The position numbers were made by a program, and so were the translations under genes. Shown here in pieces: positions 12,402-24,873 of a stretch of DNA of 64,000 nt. A model generated the notes under the pieces. It was not told the DNA's origin. It saw only the letters and a list, made by a program, of their open reading frames with translations, and did no database searches. How positions within the stretch are numbered: position 1 is the stretch's first letter; each line of letters opens with the position of its first letter. Source of the stretch: Octopus sinensis (lineage: Eukaryota); assembly GCF_006345805.1 (NCBI RefSeq), contig NC_043001.1, forward strand, positions 111,352,001-111,416,000, given 5' to 3'.

Positions 12402-13028
12402 TTGTAAAAAAAGAAGTTCGAAAATGCTGCTATATTGTACAATTTTAAATTTTTATATATACATTATAACATGTTTCAGTTCCTGAAATGAACCTTATCA
12501 AAAAAAGTTATATATAAAAAAGACAGCTCATGCCGTCAAACACAAGAAATTCATTTACAATACACAACGGAGTCAGACATCTTAAAGTTCAGATATGGTT
12601 TGAAGTAAGTTCATTCATGCTATATGTTCAAAGTGTTCGATGCAGTGGCCCACGGTGGCGATACGTATTCAATACAAAAAACAGATCAAAGTGGTGGAAA
12701 GCAGTCAATACAGAAGATTGATGTTCCCGAAAGAGCGAGGAATTCATTTTTACCTTGAGCAATTGTGATGACCCATGGTGGGTGTTCGCTGGGTTATTCT
12801 GGTGAGTCTTGTGAATTGTTCGGGTTTTATAATGCCTGTTAGGTGGTCAGTCCAGCGTAGCGTGACGTCATCAACGTTTTGACCAATCGTTTCGTTAGGT
12901 GGCTTTAGTCAAGCCGAACGGTACGTCATCAACATTCTGACCAATCGTGACCTATCGCTGTATTATAACTGCCTCTTGTCTGTATCCTGTTTTGACCAGT
13001 CGTTTCGTTAGGTGGCTTAGTCAAGCAG
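12402..13028 (-). mobile_element. PLE-like terminal region with a degenerate hammerhead (12466-12505) and internal short repeats
   Basis: Minus strand TTGATAA-GGTTC..GAACT-GAAA-CATG-TT with an AACATGTT palindrome; bounded by (TA)n; internal ~38-bp direct repeats at 12876-12914 and 12989-13026. Confidence 0.4.
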
Positions 13029-13697
13029 ATATATATAATGTGTGTGTGTGTATGTATGTATGTATGTACGTATGTATAAGAAGTTATCAAGTAGCCAGCG
13101 TGAAAAACCAGTTAAGGGAAAAAATTTATACAAAACATAGACTCATTCCCTCAAAAAATAAATACATTCATTATATTAAGGCCTATTACTACACATAAAG
13201 GCTTCAGGCTGTAAGTGACTCTTAAAGTAGTTCTGATTTAAGAGTCCCTTACAACGTGAAGTATTTACGTGTGGTAATAGCCCTTTATATAGCGTCTGTT
13301 AATATAAAATATTTTGTACGGCTCATGAGGTTCACTTGAAAAGTAATGAGGTTGTAGGGTGGGTTGTGATGGAGAGGAGTTAAGGAGAAAGCTTCGTACT
13401 ATTATTGAAACTTCATTCTCGCTTTGTAAAAAGTGTGTATATTTAGGTGTGTGAGCTTCGGGTCATGGGATTGTCTTTTAGTGTTTCACGAAAAAGGTTG
13501 AAGTAGATAGTGCGGATGTTTGGTCAGCGGATGTGTGATAAGCTTTAGTTAGTTTGGGCTTTATTGGATTTAATTATTTGCTTTGGCTTTCTAAAGGGAA
13601 AGATCAAACTTTAGTCCTGCATTTGTAACTTATTGGATATGTCAGCATTTTTTCAATGGAATTTTGAAGTGCTTACAAAAAAACGTAAGTAGGTCTA

Positions 13698-13972
13698 CTA
13701 TAACCTAAGGGCTGACCAAAGTCTTGTTAGTGGATTTCGTAGATGGGAAATGAAAGAAGGCTGCCGTATATGTATTTGTGTGTATGTGTTTGGTGTTTGA
13801 GTGGAGGTGTCTTTGTGTCATTGTTTTTCCCACCACCACCGCTTGAAACTGGTGCTGGTGTGTTTAAATCCACGTAACTTAGAGGTTTGGCTAAGAAAAT
13901 TCGATAGAATAAGTACCAGACTTGTAAACACACCAACACCTGATGTCAAGCGATGATGCGGTAGAATTACAG

Positions 13973-14022
<50 letters not shown>

Positions 14023-14197
14023 GCACACACACACATTTATGTATACGATGGGCTTCGTTCAGTTTATGTCTAACAAATCCACTCAGAAGGCTGTGGTTGG
14101 CCAAGGTTATACTACAAGCCCGTGGTGCCACGCAGTAGGACTGAATCCGGAACCATTTGGTTGGGAAGTAAGCTTCTTACCACGCACCCACGCATAT
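13698..14197. mobile_element. Two partial family A SINEs joined tail-to-tail in inverted orientation
   Basis: 13698-13922 matches the family A body on +; 13924-14197 matches the same body and head on -. Confidence 0.75.
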
Positions 14198-14892
14198 AGC
14201 ATTGCGCTCAGAATGTATCATGTCTTATTCAAGACATATTGATATTCGCATTTGATAAATTTCTTTTGTGGGTGGAGAGGAGATATTACAACAAGGATAA
14301 TCGTAATTGAATTATCAGTTTGAAATTTATGAAGTCTTTGTATAAACATTGGTGTTCCTTGCTGAAATATTGGTCTCTCACTTTATCATTAATTGCAATA
14401 TATATCGTACGTTCACCTGCAAATATAATACGTACAATATGGCAATTGGGAGATAAAAAAATCGTAAGAAATTTCAACCTTTCCTACTAATTGTATTAGA
14501 TTCTGTAAAATCTTTTGCTAGATAATATAAAATTGTGAAAGGTACCAAACTCACTCCTCTCAAAATAAAAGACCCAATATGATTGTATTTAATAAAATAT
14601 AAAGCCAACAATACATTATTCAAATTTCATGACAAATTACGCAGCATAGTTTTCAGCGCATTCCATTATTTCAATTACTTATTTTGTATTGATAAAAATA
14701 TCTGCACCAAATATGAATAAAGGTTACTTAAACATGCGACAAAAAAAGAAAGAAAATATGATGTTTTTTTAGTTGGCCAGCAACAGAGCGGCACAAAGAC
14801 GATTCCTTTCAATAATATCACAGGTTTCTCGTGAGAAGACTAATGGAAAATAGTAGATAGATTCGCTTTGTAATTTTAGATATATTTATCCA

Positions 14893-15304
14893 GGCGCAGG
14901 AGTGACTGTGTGGTAAGTAGCTTGCTTACGAACCACATGGTTCCGGGTTCAGTACCACTGCGTGGCACTTTGGGCAAGTGTCTTCTACTATAGCCTCGGG
15001 CCGACCAAAGCCTTGTGAGTGGATTTGGTAGACGGAAACTGAAAGAAGCCCGTCGTATATATGTGTATATATGTATGTGTGTGTATACGTTTCTGTGTCT
15101 GTGTTTGTCCCCACAAGATCGCTTGACAATCGATGTTGGTGTGTTTACGTCCCCGTAACTTAGCAGTTCGGCAAAAGAGACCGATAGAATAGCTACTAAA
15201 TTTACAAAGAATAAGTCATGGGGTCGATTTGCTCGACTACAGGCTGTTCTGCAGCATGGCCGCTGTCAAATGACTAAAACAAGTAAAAGAGTATAAGAGT
15301 AAAA
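14893..15304 (+). mobile_element. SINE family A, full length
   Basis: GGCGCAGGAGTG.. through ..AAGTAAAAGAGTATAAGAGTAAAA. Confidence 0.92.
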
Positions 15305-15726
15305 AGTAGTGATCAATGCCGTTTAACACATATTTTATTCCCGCTAACTGTATATATGCATATTTCTTGTTCCAAAATTACAGCTTAATAGAACATTTGA
15401 AATCCAAGCAAATAATATTCATAAGTGCTATCCAAACAACATACGTATCATATTGACATTTCTAATATTTGTAAATAAATGTACTTGAGAAGCACCGTAT
15501 CTCAGCTGCAAAGGGAAAATATTATGGCTTCAAATATATGAAAATATTCCTTTAAATTCACAAAATACACTATAGTTCATTTTTACCACTATCTTTCATT
15601 ATAAATATAGTTTAAAAGTTAGGCACAGTTCTGTTTAAATAAAACTTTATAAGGATTGCTATATCACAAATTTGATTTCGCTGGTAACAAAACCGAAAGT
15701 TAATAGATTAATATATATGCGAAGAA

Positions 15727-16298
15727 AGGCGGCGAGCTGACAGAAACGTTAGCATGCCGGGCGAAATGCGTAACCGTAATTCGTCTGCCGTTATGTTCTG
15801 AGTTCAAATTCCGCCAAGGTCGACTTTGCCTTTCATCCTTTCGGGGTCGATTAAATAAGTACCAGTTACGCACTGTGGTCGATATAATCGACTTAATCTG
15901 TTTGTCTGTCCTTGTTCGTCCCCTCTGTGTTTAGCCCCTTGTGGGTAGTAAAGAAATAGGTATTTCGTCTGCCGCTACGCTCTGAGTAGAATTTCCACCG
16001 AGGTCGACTTTGCCTTTCTTACTTTCGGGGTCGATTAAATAAGTACCAATTTCGCACTGGGGCCGATGTAATCGACTGAATCCTTTTGTTTGTCCCCTCT
16101 GCGTTTAGCCCCTTGTGCGTAGTAACGAAATAGGTATTTCGTCTGTCTTTACGTTTTGAATTCAAATTCCGCCGAGATTGACTTTGGCTTCCATCCTTTC
16201 GGGGTCGATAAATTAAGTACCATTTGCGTACTGGGATTGATGTAATCGACTGGCCGCCTCCACAAAAGTTTCGGGCCTTGTGCATAGTGTAGAAAAGA
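15727..16298 (+). mobile_element. SINE family D with Nin/Deu-like domain, tandem trimer
   Basis: One head (AAGGCGGCGAGCTG..) then three copies of TTCGTCTG..GAGTTCAAATTCCGCC..GCCTTTCATCCTTTCGGGGTCGA..AAGTACCA; the GCCTTTCATCCTT..GGTCG motif resembles the Nin/Deu SINE domain. Confidence 0.8.
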
Positions 16299-16682
16299 AT
16301 ACATATGCGAACAGATATGTATACGTATTAAAAACATCTAAAAATGTGTCCATAGTATTGAATATAGGAACACTTCATTTATGTTAGTGTGTACGCGCGC
16401 GCGTGTGTATGTGTGTGTTTGACTCAAGATATTTTCTATAGAAATCAGTGCCAGCACTGAGAGTTACATCCTTTCGTATACAAATAGTCGGAACTTTCAA
16501 TACTGGCACAAAATTCTATACAAAAGATGTTGATATTATCTTAAAATTGAGACCAATATTGACTAGTAAATCTTTACTATATTTGGTAGCATTTTATCGT
16601 TATAAAATGAAATACGTTATCTTTACTAACAATCATTCACACATACACACATACATATACATGCATATATATATATAATATA

Positions 16683-16731
<49 letters not shown>

Positions 16732-16770
16732 TATGTGTGTGTGTGCGTATATATATATATATATATTGAC

Positions 16771-16806
<36 letters not shown>

Positions 16807-16916
16807 ATTATTAAAAAAAATAAATAATAGATTAAACTGATTAGAACTTATAGTAAAATCATTCTTTTTCTTTTTTTCAAATATACCCAACTGTACCAAG
16901 GATATAACACATTCTC

Positions 16917-17004
<88 letters not shown>

Positions 17005-17082
17005 GGAGTGAGAGAGTGAGAAACCGAGAGTGAGAGCGAGAGCGAAAGAGAGAGTGTGAGAGAGAGAGAAGAGAAGCGCAGA

Positions 17083-17575
17083 TGTAACTGTGGGTCAAGA
17101 AGCTACACGAGGCTTCGTGGCACCTTCGGCATATATCTTCTGCTATAGCCTCGAGGCAACCAAAATTTTGTGATTGGATTTGGTGTACGAAAACTGGATG
17201 AAACTCGTCGTACATACATGTATGTGTGTGTGCGTGTGTACGTATGCCTCTGTATGTGTGTGTGCGTGCGTACGTATGCCTCTGTATGTGTGTGTGCGTG
17301 CGTACGTATGCCTCTGTATGTGTGTGTGTCTGTGTCTGTGTCTGTGTCTTTATGTCTGTGCTTGTCCCCCACATCCGCTTGGCAAACAATGCTGGTTATT
17401 TTCTTACGTCTCCGTAACCTAGGAGTTCGGAAAAAGATTCTGACATAATAAGTATCAGATTTAAGAAAACTTATCTAGTAAATACTGAGGCCGATTTATT
17501 CGACTAAAAATTGTCCAAGGTGATACCCCAGCATTCATCAGTCTAATGACCGAAACTAGTCAAAGATAAAAAATA
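17083..17575 (+). mobile_element. Diverged family A SINE with an internal 3 x 32-bp tandem expansion
   Basis: GTACGTATGCCTCTGTATGTGTGTGTGCGTGC unit at 17238, 17270 and 17302 within the SINE microsatellite region. Confidence 0.75.
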
Positions 17576-18157
17576 ACGGCGGTGCTCCAGCATGGCCACA
17601 GCTATGAGCAGAAACTACAAAAAATAATAATAAGATATATATATATGCATATATATCTAAAATACATTAAAAGTCAGCTTGAATTTTGCTTGCTTGCTTG
17701 CTTGCAATTACCCAGCGAACCTGCACATAATGGGAAAATACTATGAATTAAGTCGCCCCTGAAAGTTTAATACGAGACAGTACAATTTGCATTCTAAATA
17801 TAACTCAAATATCAGAAACATAATGCTCATCTCTGTAAGTATTAATGTGTATATGTGTGGTATTGAAATGTTCCGAGCTTTGCGTGTTTTTCTAGTTAGT
17901 AAGTGTTATACTAATGTTCTCTAATGCAAAAGTATGAAATTGAAAGAGGCGTGATCGAAGATACACAGTATAAACACGGACATGTTCCCAAATACAATCA
18001 CACACACACGCACACACGCGCACACTCACACACACATACACTTCATGGAGATATTCTCCCCAAAATAGAATATTTGAAGGTAAAGCGGAGAATTTGCATT
18101 TTTATTGCAAGTATGGCTTATCCCTACAAATGTTCAGGTATATATATGTTTAGCAAC

Positions 18158-18491
18158 GGGATGTTAGGAGCACTCCGTCGGTTACGACGAAGAGGGTCCC
18201 AGCTGATACGATCAACGAAACAGCTTACTCGTGAAATGAATGTGCAAGTGGCTGAGCATTCCACAGACACGTGTACCCGTAACGTAGTTCGCAAGGAGGT
18301 TCAGCGTGACACACAGTGTGACAAGGCTGGCCCTTTTTTTAAAATACAGATACTATTCATTTTTGCCAGCAGAGTGGACTGGAGCAACATGTAATATAGT
18401 GTCTTGCTCAAGGACACAACGCGTCGCTGGGAATCGAACTCACAATCTTACGATCATGATCCGAATGCCTTAACCACTAAGCCACGCCCCC
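18158..18491 (-). mobile_element. tRNA-derived SINE, head C plus tail Y
   Basis: Minus-strand tRNA-like head, TCCTTGAGCAAGACAC core, TGCTCCAGTCCACTC; tail CAGCGTGACACACAGTG..GGCCCTTT shared with 56219-56280. Confidence 0.8.
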
Positions 18492-18506
18492 CTCTCTCTC
18501 TCTGTA

Positions 18507-18548
<42 letters not shown>

Positions 18549-18566
18549 CAAACATATATATATATA

Positions 18567-20630
18567 CTAGCAGTATCGCCCGGCGTTGCTCGGGTTTGTA
18601 AGGGAACTAACTATATAAGCATTTTTAGAGAGTTACTTCCCTTATAGATGCCAATTCGGGCTTTTCTTAGCCATTTCTGTTTTGGTGTCTGCAAGCCATG
18701 AAGTCGTTGTTCTAAAAGAACGCTGGTCTCCTTGACAACGCTTTACGACGTTGATTTCATTACACTCCCTTCCCCACAGCTTCACGAGGGAGGGAAGAAG
18801 GGGGAGAAGCAAACACAGGTGCAGGTGTTTGAGCGTGGACGCCAACTCCGCAGCCATCGACACACGAAAAATTATGCATTAAAATGGAATAAAAAATTAT
18901 GTTAAATTATTTTTAAAATCGTAGACTCATCGTTGACGCTCGCTATTAGTCAGACGGCTCGATATTAATCACGACTATAAGATACCCGAATTTGGTTAAA
19001 CTGCACCGCACAATGTGGGAGTAGTTAGGAATCTAAATCGTAGGAGACAGACACTCACACAACTACAGTTTTATATATATACTAGCAGTATCGCCCGGCG
19101 TTGCTCGGGTTTGTAAGGGAAATAACTATATAAGCATTTTTAGAGAGTTACTTCCCTTATAAATTCGGGCTTTCTTAGCCATTTTTGTTTTGGTGTCTTC
19201 AAGCCATGAAGTCGTTGTTCTAAAAGAACGCTGGTCTCCTTCACAACGCATTACGACGTTGATTTCTTTACACTCCCTTCCCCACAGCTTCACGGGGGAG
19301 GAAAGGGGGAGAAGCAAACAGGTGCAGCTGTGAGCGTGGACGCCATCTCCGCCGCCATCGACACACGATGCATTTTATGCATTAAAATGGAATAAAAAAT
19401 ATGTTAAATTATTTTTAAAATCGTAGACTCATCGTTGACGCTCGCTATTAGTCAGACGGGCTCGATATTAATCACGACTATAAGATACCCGAATTTGGTT
19501 AAACTGCACCGCAAAATGTGGGAGGAGTTAGGAATGTAAATCGAAGGGGACAGACACTCACACAACTAGAGTTTTATATATATAGATATATATATATATA
19601 TATATATATATCTAGCAGTATCGCCCGGCGTTGCTCGGGTTTGTAAGGGAACTAACTATATAAGCATTTTTAGAGAGTTACTTCCCTTATAGATGCCAAT
19701 TCGGGCTTTTCTTAGCCATTTCTGTTTTGGTGTCTGCAAGCCATGAAGTCGTTGTTCTAAAAGAACGCTGGTCTCCTTGACAACGCTTTACGACGTTGAT
19801 TTCATTACACTCCCTTCCCCACAGCTTCACGAGGGAGGGAAGAAGGGGGAGAAGCAAACACAGGTGCAGGTGTTTGAGCGTGGACGCCAACTCCGCAGCC
19901 ATCGACACACGAAAAATTATGCATTAAAATGGAATAAAAAATTATGTTAAATTATTTTTAAAATCGTAGACTCATCGTAGACGCGCGCTAATAGCCAGAC
20001 GGGCTCGATATTAATCACGACTATAAGATACCCGAATTTGGTTAAACTGCACCGCACAATGTGGGAGTAGTTAGGAATCTAAATCGTAGGAGACAGACAC
20101 TCACACAACTACAGTTTTATATATATACTAGCAGTATCGCCCGGCGTTGCTCGGGTTTGTAAGGGAAATAACTATATAAGCATTTTTAGAGAGTTACTTC
20201 CCTTATAAATTCGGGCTTTCTTAGCCATTTTTGTTTTGGTGTCTTCAAGCCATGAAGTCGTTGTTCTAAAAGAACGCTGGTCTCCTTCACAACGCATTAC
20301 GACGTTGATTTCTTTACACTCCCTTCCCCACAGCTTCACGGGGGAGGAAAGGGGGAGAAGCAAACAGGTGCAGCTGTGAGCGTGGACGCCATCTCCGCCG
20401 CCATCGACACACGATGCATTTTATGCATTAAAATGGAATAAAAAATAATGTTAAATTATTTTTAAAATCGTAGACTCATCGTTGACGCTCGCTATTAGTC
20501 AGACGGGCTCGATATTAATCACGACTATAAGATACCCGAATTTGGTTAAACTGCACCGCAAAATGTGGGAGGAGTTAGGAATGTAAATCGAAGGGGACAG
20601 ACACTCACACAACTAGAGTTTTATATATAT

Positions 20631-20633
<3 letters not shown>
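18567..20633 (-). mobile_element. Tandem array of four ~505-515 bp non-autonomous Helitrons (A-B-A-B)
   Basis: Units start (on +) at CTAG 18567, 19082, 19612 and 20128. On the minus strand each ends in the hairpin CCCG-AGCAACGC-CGGG followed by CTAG, and B units begin TC-TATATATATAAAA: canonical Helitron termini. Dimer period is 1045-1046 bp, also shown by identical ORFs in the track. Confidence 0.8.
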
Positions 20634-20720
<87 letters not shown>

Positions 20721-21180
20721 GTATGTATATATATATTATTTATTTATTAAAGTTTTTAATTTGTAAATATTCTACTATTGTTATTTCATGCAGAATTACA
20801 TTTCATAAAAAAATTGTCTCCAAAATTGAAGGTTTGAAAGAAAAGGGGAGACAGTATATTTTGTATTCTAAATATAACTCATAACTGAAATGGGAGAAAA
20901 AGAAGAATGAAAGAGGTAATAGGAAGCAAAACTCTTTCCGTGATGACCACACTGCACCTGTTTTTTTTTTTGTTTTGTTGTTTTAGTTTGAAGAGGTCAC
21001 CATCTTTAAACCTATTCCAATACAATGGTAAATGACTAATAAATAAATAATTAAATTTAATAAATAAATAAATAAATAAATGGTGAGTTGGAAGGAGGAT
21101 CCGCCTTTTTTCTCTCTCCATCTCTCTACCTATATATCTGTCTGAATATCAATCTATCTCTCAGCCTATCTACATACCTT

Positions 21181-21359
21181 TATTTCTACCTATCCATCCC
21201 CTCTGCCAATGGGACCTCAACGAAAAAAGCAAAACACAAGTTTCTATTCTTCTGAACAAAACCCCCCATAATTATGTTTTATATAAATAAATAAGCTGTT
21301 TGTGCATTCACAGAATTTTATTTGACAAGTTCGAGAAAAGGACGAAAGCGCTAATAATA
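21181..21359 (+). repeat. ~180-bp diverged direct repeat, paralogous to 22362-22539
   Basis: TATTTCTACCTATCCATCCC...CATTCACAGAATTTTATTTGACAAGTTCGAGAAA..CGAAAGCGCTAATAATA in both copies. Confidence 0.85.
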
Positions 21360-22143
21360 ATGAAGAAATAAAAAGATGGTTTTTCAAAAGTTTTGACGAC
21401 TTTTTTTCTCAATATTCAGTTTCTGTACATCACACACAACACTTTATACATACATACATACATACATACATACATACATACATACATACATACATACATA
21501 CATACATACATACATACATACATAACGATATGTCAAATATATCTAAATTACCGACATGCAATGGATATTTCTCATATGCAAATCCAGACGATATATGCGT
21601 ATATATAATACCCGATTAACAAATATAAACAGCTTGTATTACATACATTATATTTATTGATACATATATGTGCATGATGAATTCTGGATAACTGTATATG
21701 CATGTATATGTGGTTGTATGTATGTAGATGTAAATAGTTATGTTTAAACATACGTTTGAAATCTATGCCTTAGTTTATCGTTGGTGTCCTTGTAACAACT
21801 CATCTATAGTATATAAATTTATAGTAGTAATTGTTTAACTATCTAGAATAGGATACCACGCTGTTAATTAATTTGTATTTGTTATTCGAGATATATATTT
21901 ACCAAAAGTAAACATGTGGTGTATGCTATGCACACGCACGTACGCACACTCTCACTCCCTCTCTCTCTCTCTCTCTCTCTCACAAAGAAGAACGGACGCA
22001 CAGATATAAATATAATTACAAATATGTTTGTGAAGATTCTTGATATGAATTCCTCTGTTAAAAAAACATCTTAATATTTGGAGATTACAAACTAATATAC
22101 ACGCACACAAGACACACATTCACATACACACACACACACACAA

Positions 22144-22187
<44 letters not shown>

Positions 22188-22539
22188 ATTCAGATATAGA
22201 CGCATGCCACAGAAAGACAGAATGGAATAGGCTGGATAATAAATTTATTGACCTCTTCGCTGCAGAGGTCACAGAATCTGGAACGAGAAACTCTGACAAA
22301 TAAATTAATAATAACTATAATAATGAGAATCCTCTTTATTACAGGCGCAAGGCCTGAAATTTATTTCTACCTATCCATCCCATTGGCAATGGAGCCTCAC
22401 CCAAGAAAGCAAAAACACGGTTCTCTTCTTCTAAACAGACCCCCACAAAAATTCTGTTTTATATAAATAAGCAAGCTGTTTGTACATTCACAGAATTTTA
22501 TTTGACAAGTTCGAGAAACGAACGAAAGCGCTAATAATA

Positions 22540-24142
22540 GTTTTTTTAATAGCTTTTTGTGCTGCCTTGCAGCGGTTAGGGTTTTTACGTGTTTTTTTGT
22601 GCTTTCTCTTCTCGAAAGAGAAGAGACAGCTGGTTGAAGAATGTCTGAAGACAGTTATAGTTACTCAGACATGTCATCGTCCGAGGTGGAGTTGTTGGAG
22701 GCAAAAACTGATAAAAGAGAAGAGGAATTTTGCTGATGCTGCAAGGTACAAGAAAACAGAAGTGGATATCAGAGAATTCGGAAGACACAAAGAAGAAATG
22801 AACCGAGACGGTTTCCAAGTGAAGCTGTCGCCCCCGCAAGAGGTTAAAAACGGAATATGGGAAAAGACGATAATCTATCGAACCTTTTCGGTAAATAAAG
22901 GAAGAATAGACGTCGTCACGACAGAACAAATTTGGGGAGACATTATATACCTGACTAGAGGCTCAACATTTGGAACAGTAGAAGTAAGGTTTCGTAATGC
23001 AGCAGCAGCAAGGAAACATGCAGAGTCGATAATTCGGAGCGAAGAAGTCGTGCTTTTGTCCACGTATAGAGGCATGAGAGCAACAAGGGTCACGTTTGAA
23101 GGAATCCCACCGGAGATTGATGTGACCTGGGTGGCAGATGCGGTTTTCTTTGGTAATGAGGACAACATAGTGGTGCTCCAGGCCAAGAAAAATGAATGCG
23201 TCAACTGGAGAGGTCAATCACTGGAGATGATAGTCCAGGGTTCAAAAAAATCAATGGAAAAGATTACGGAAACAATAATTATGGAAGAAACAATTATGAC
23301 GGTTAGGGTGGACGGAAGGGTTCCACGCCGCTTTAAATGTGGCCTGAAGGGACACATAAGAGCAGAATGTACATCAAAGCCAAGAAAACGAGAGGAAAAG
23401 TGACCAGAAAATGCGGAAGAGAAGATAGAAGAGAGACGCAGAAGAGAAGTAACCGAAAAAGAAATGGAAGTAGCGGAAATAGAAGAAAATTAATGGGAAA
23501 ATGTGACAGGAAGAAAAAGAAAAAAAGGCAAGTGAACTAAACTGTAAACCCAAATTCCACACCCATCTCACCCACACCCTCTCAGACCCACCCACTCCCT
23601 GAAGACACTAGGCCTATCCATTCACATCCGACACAAAAACAAGAGGCAAACACAAAGAAACCCAAAACCTCTCCCCTAAGTCAAAAAAGAGAAGGAAAAA
23701 GTGTAGGATTTATTTTTTGCTTAGCGACGAACTGTTAAGGGATTCGGCGGAATGGGACATAAAGTGTATTGGTACTAAGGGCTATGATAACGTGGAGCAA
23801 TATCACTTGTGTGTAATACCAGATAAGAAGCTGGAGGAAAAATACAAGAGTATATGGTTGGATTTTATTTTTGGGAAATGGACTGCAGCTGGGGTTCATT
23901 CCCAGGCTTTACGACGTACGATAGGTGGTTAGAGGAAACAGGTATCGATGTGTTGGAAGGTTCAGGATTTAAAAGGTAGAAAATGAGGCCACCCGTAAGT
24001 GGGGCGAGTGGTTCCATTTCCATTTTTCATATTCATGTCTTCATACGTTATAATATTCATTTCTACATTTTTATAAATGTTTTATGTCCTCCAATCTTTT
24101 ATTTTGTCAACTTTATGTTAGCCCGCATGGGTAATAAAAAAA
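22540..24142 (+). mobile_element. Tx1/L1-like non-LTR element encoding only a decayed ORF1 (gag-like, zinc knuckle)
   Basis: Probable start ATG at 22641 (MSEDSYSYSDMSSSE) frameshifts into ORF 22480-23403, which carries the knuckle RFKCGLKGHIRAEC (first Cys lost). The same frame continues through stops with WENVTGRKRKKR and a P/T-rich linker. No EN/RT follows; T-rich 3' UTR and A tail. Confidence 0.7.
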
Positions 24143-24143
24143 C

Positions 24144-24301
24144 AGATCCCTAAATCTAATCATTTCGTGCCAGTCGCGAGGCCAAACATCTCTGAAAGTT
24201 TCATCCGAATCCATTCAGCGGTTCTTGAGATGTTTTGTCCACGGACAAACAAACAAACACGACTGGAAACAATACTTCAGCATTCGCTAAGACGAAGGTA
24301 A
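24144..24301 (+). mobile_element. Helentron/HINE-like 3' fragment
   Basis: AAAGTTTCATCCGAATCC..(ACAA)n..AAACAATAC.. plus terminal hairpin TTCGC-TAAG-ACGAA then GGTAA, an arrangement typical of DINE/HINE ends. Confidence 0.35.
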
Positions 24302-24650
24302 TAATAACGAAATAAGTAGTGCTCAAGCGGGCATATGTACATACACATATTTTTCTGTGTAGGATGTCTGTGTTTGTTACGTGTGTGAAAGTGAAATGAT
24401 GATTTTTCGAGATGTCTTCAATAATTAACTCCTATTTTTGCATACTCTGTTTGAAAGGCATAATATATAGCAACTGAATGTTTCCGTAATACTTTTTCGC
24501 AAAATTGTTCAACAGTTAATTCCTTCTGTCAAATAGAAAACTTCCAAGTACGTAAATCCTGACAAACTTCTTAATGTTTGCTGTCAAGAAAGCCAGAGAC
24601 TTTGTGAATCGTATTAAGAACAAAGCTTCTCCAAGTGGTTTTCGTCTTAG

Positions 24651-24693
24651 ATAACAAATGTGTATACTTCACATCGAACGTAATTGAAAACAA
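24651..24693 (+). CDS. Candidate small exon (43 nt, phase 1-2) completing the FFTD motif
   Basis: ttttcgtcttag|ATAACAAA...AAACAA|gtgagt; G+AT gives Asp, then (D)NKCVYFTSNVIEN. Confidence 0.45.
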
Positions 24694-24838
24694 GTGAGTT
24701 GATCTTATATTAATTGTTTACGACTTATGTATCAAATAATCAATTATATTAATAGATTTTTTTCATTACCATTCTACAAGTGCTATTGTCTAATATGTAA
24801 TACCTTTACTACATTCTCATCTTTGTGTTTGTGTATGC

Positions 24839-24873
<35 letters not shown>

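Noticed and set aside
13200-13680. Possible PLE GIY-YIG C-terminal remnant
   Set aside because: Only a vague YKCRTKV-like similarity; no GIY/YIG motif could be read.
14382-14416. Minus-strand 35-nt exon-like segment (GERTIYIAINDK)
   Set aside because: No partner exons or motif; it illustrates the background rate of chance splice-site pairs.
18642-20363. Duplicated 73-aa and 63-aa ORFs
   Set aside because: Incidental frames within the non-autonomous Helitron units; no Rep/helicase motifs.
22480-23403. 307-aa ORF as an intact host gene
   Set aside because: It starts at TTG inside a duplicated non-coding segment, has a mutated zinc knuckle and continues through in-frame stops; better explained as a decayed retroelement ORF1.
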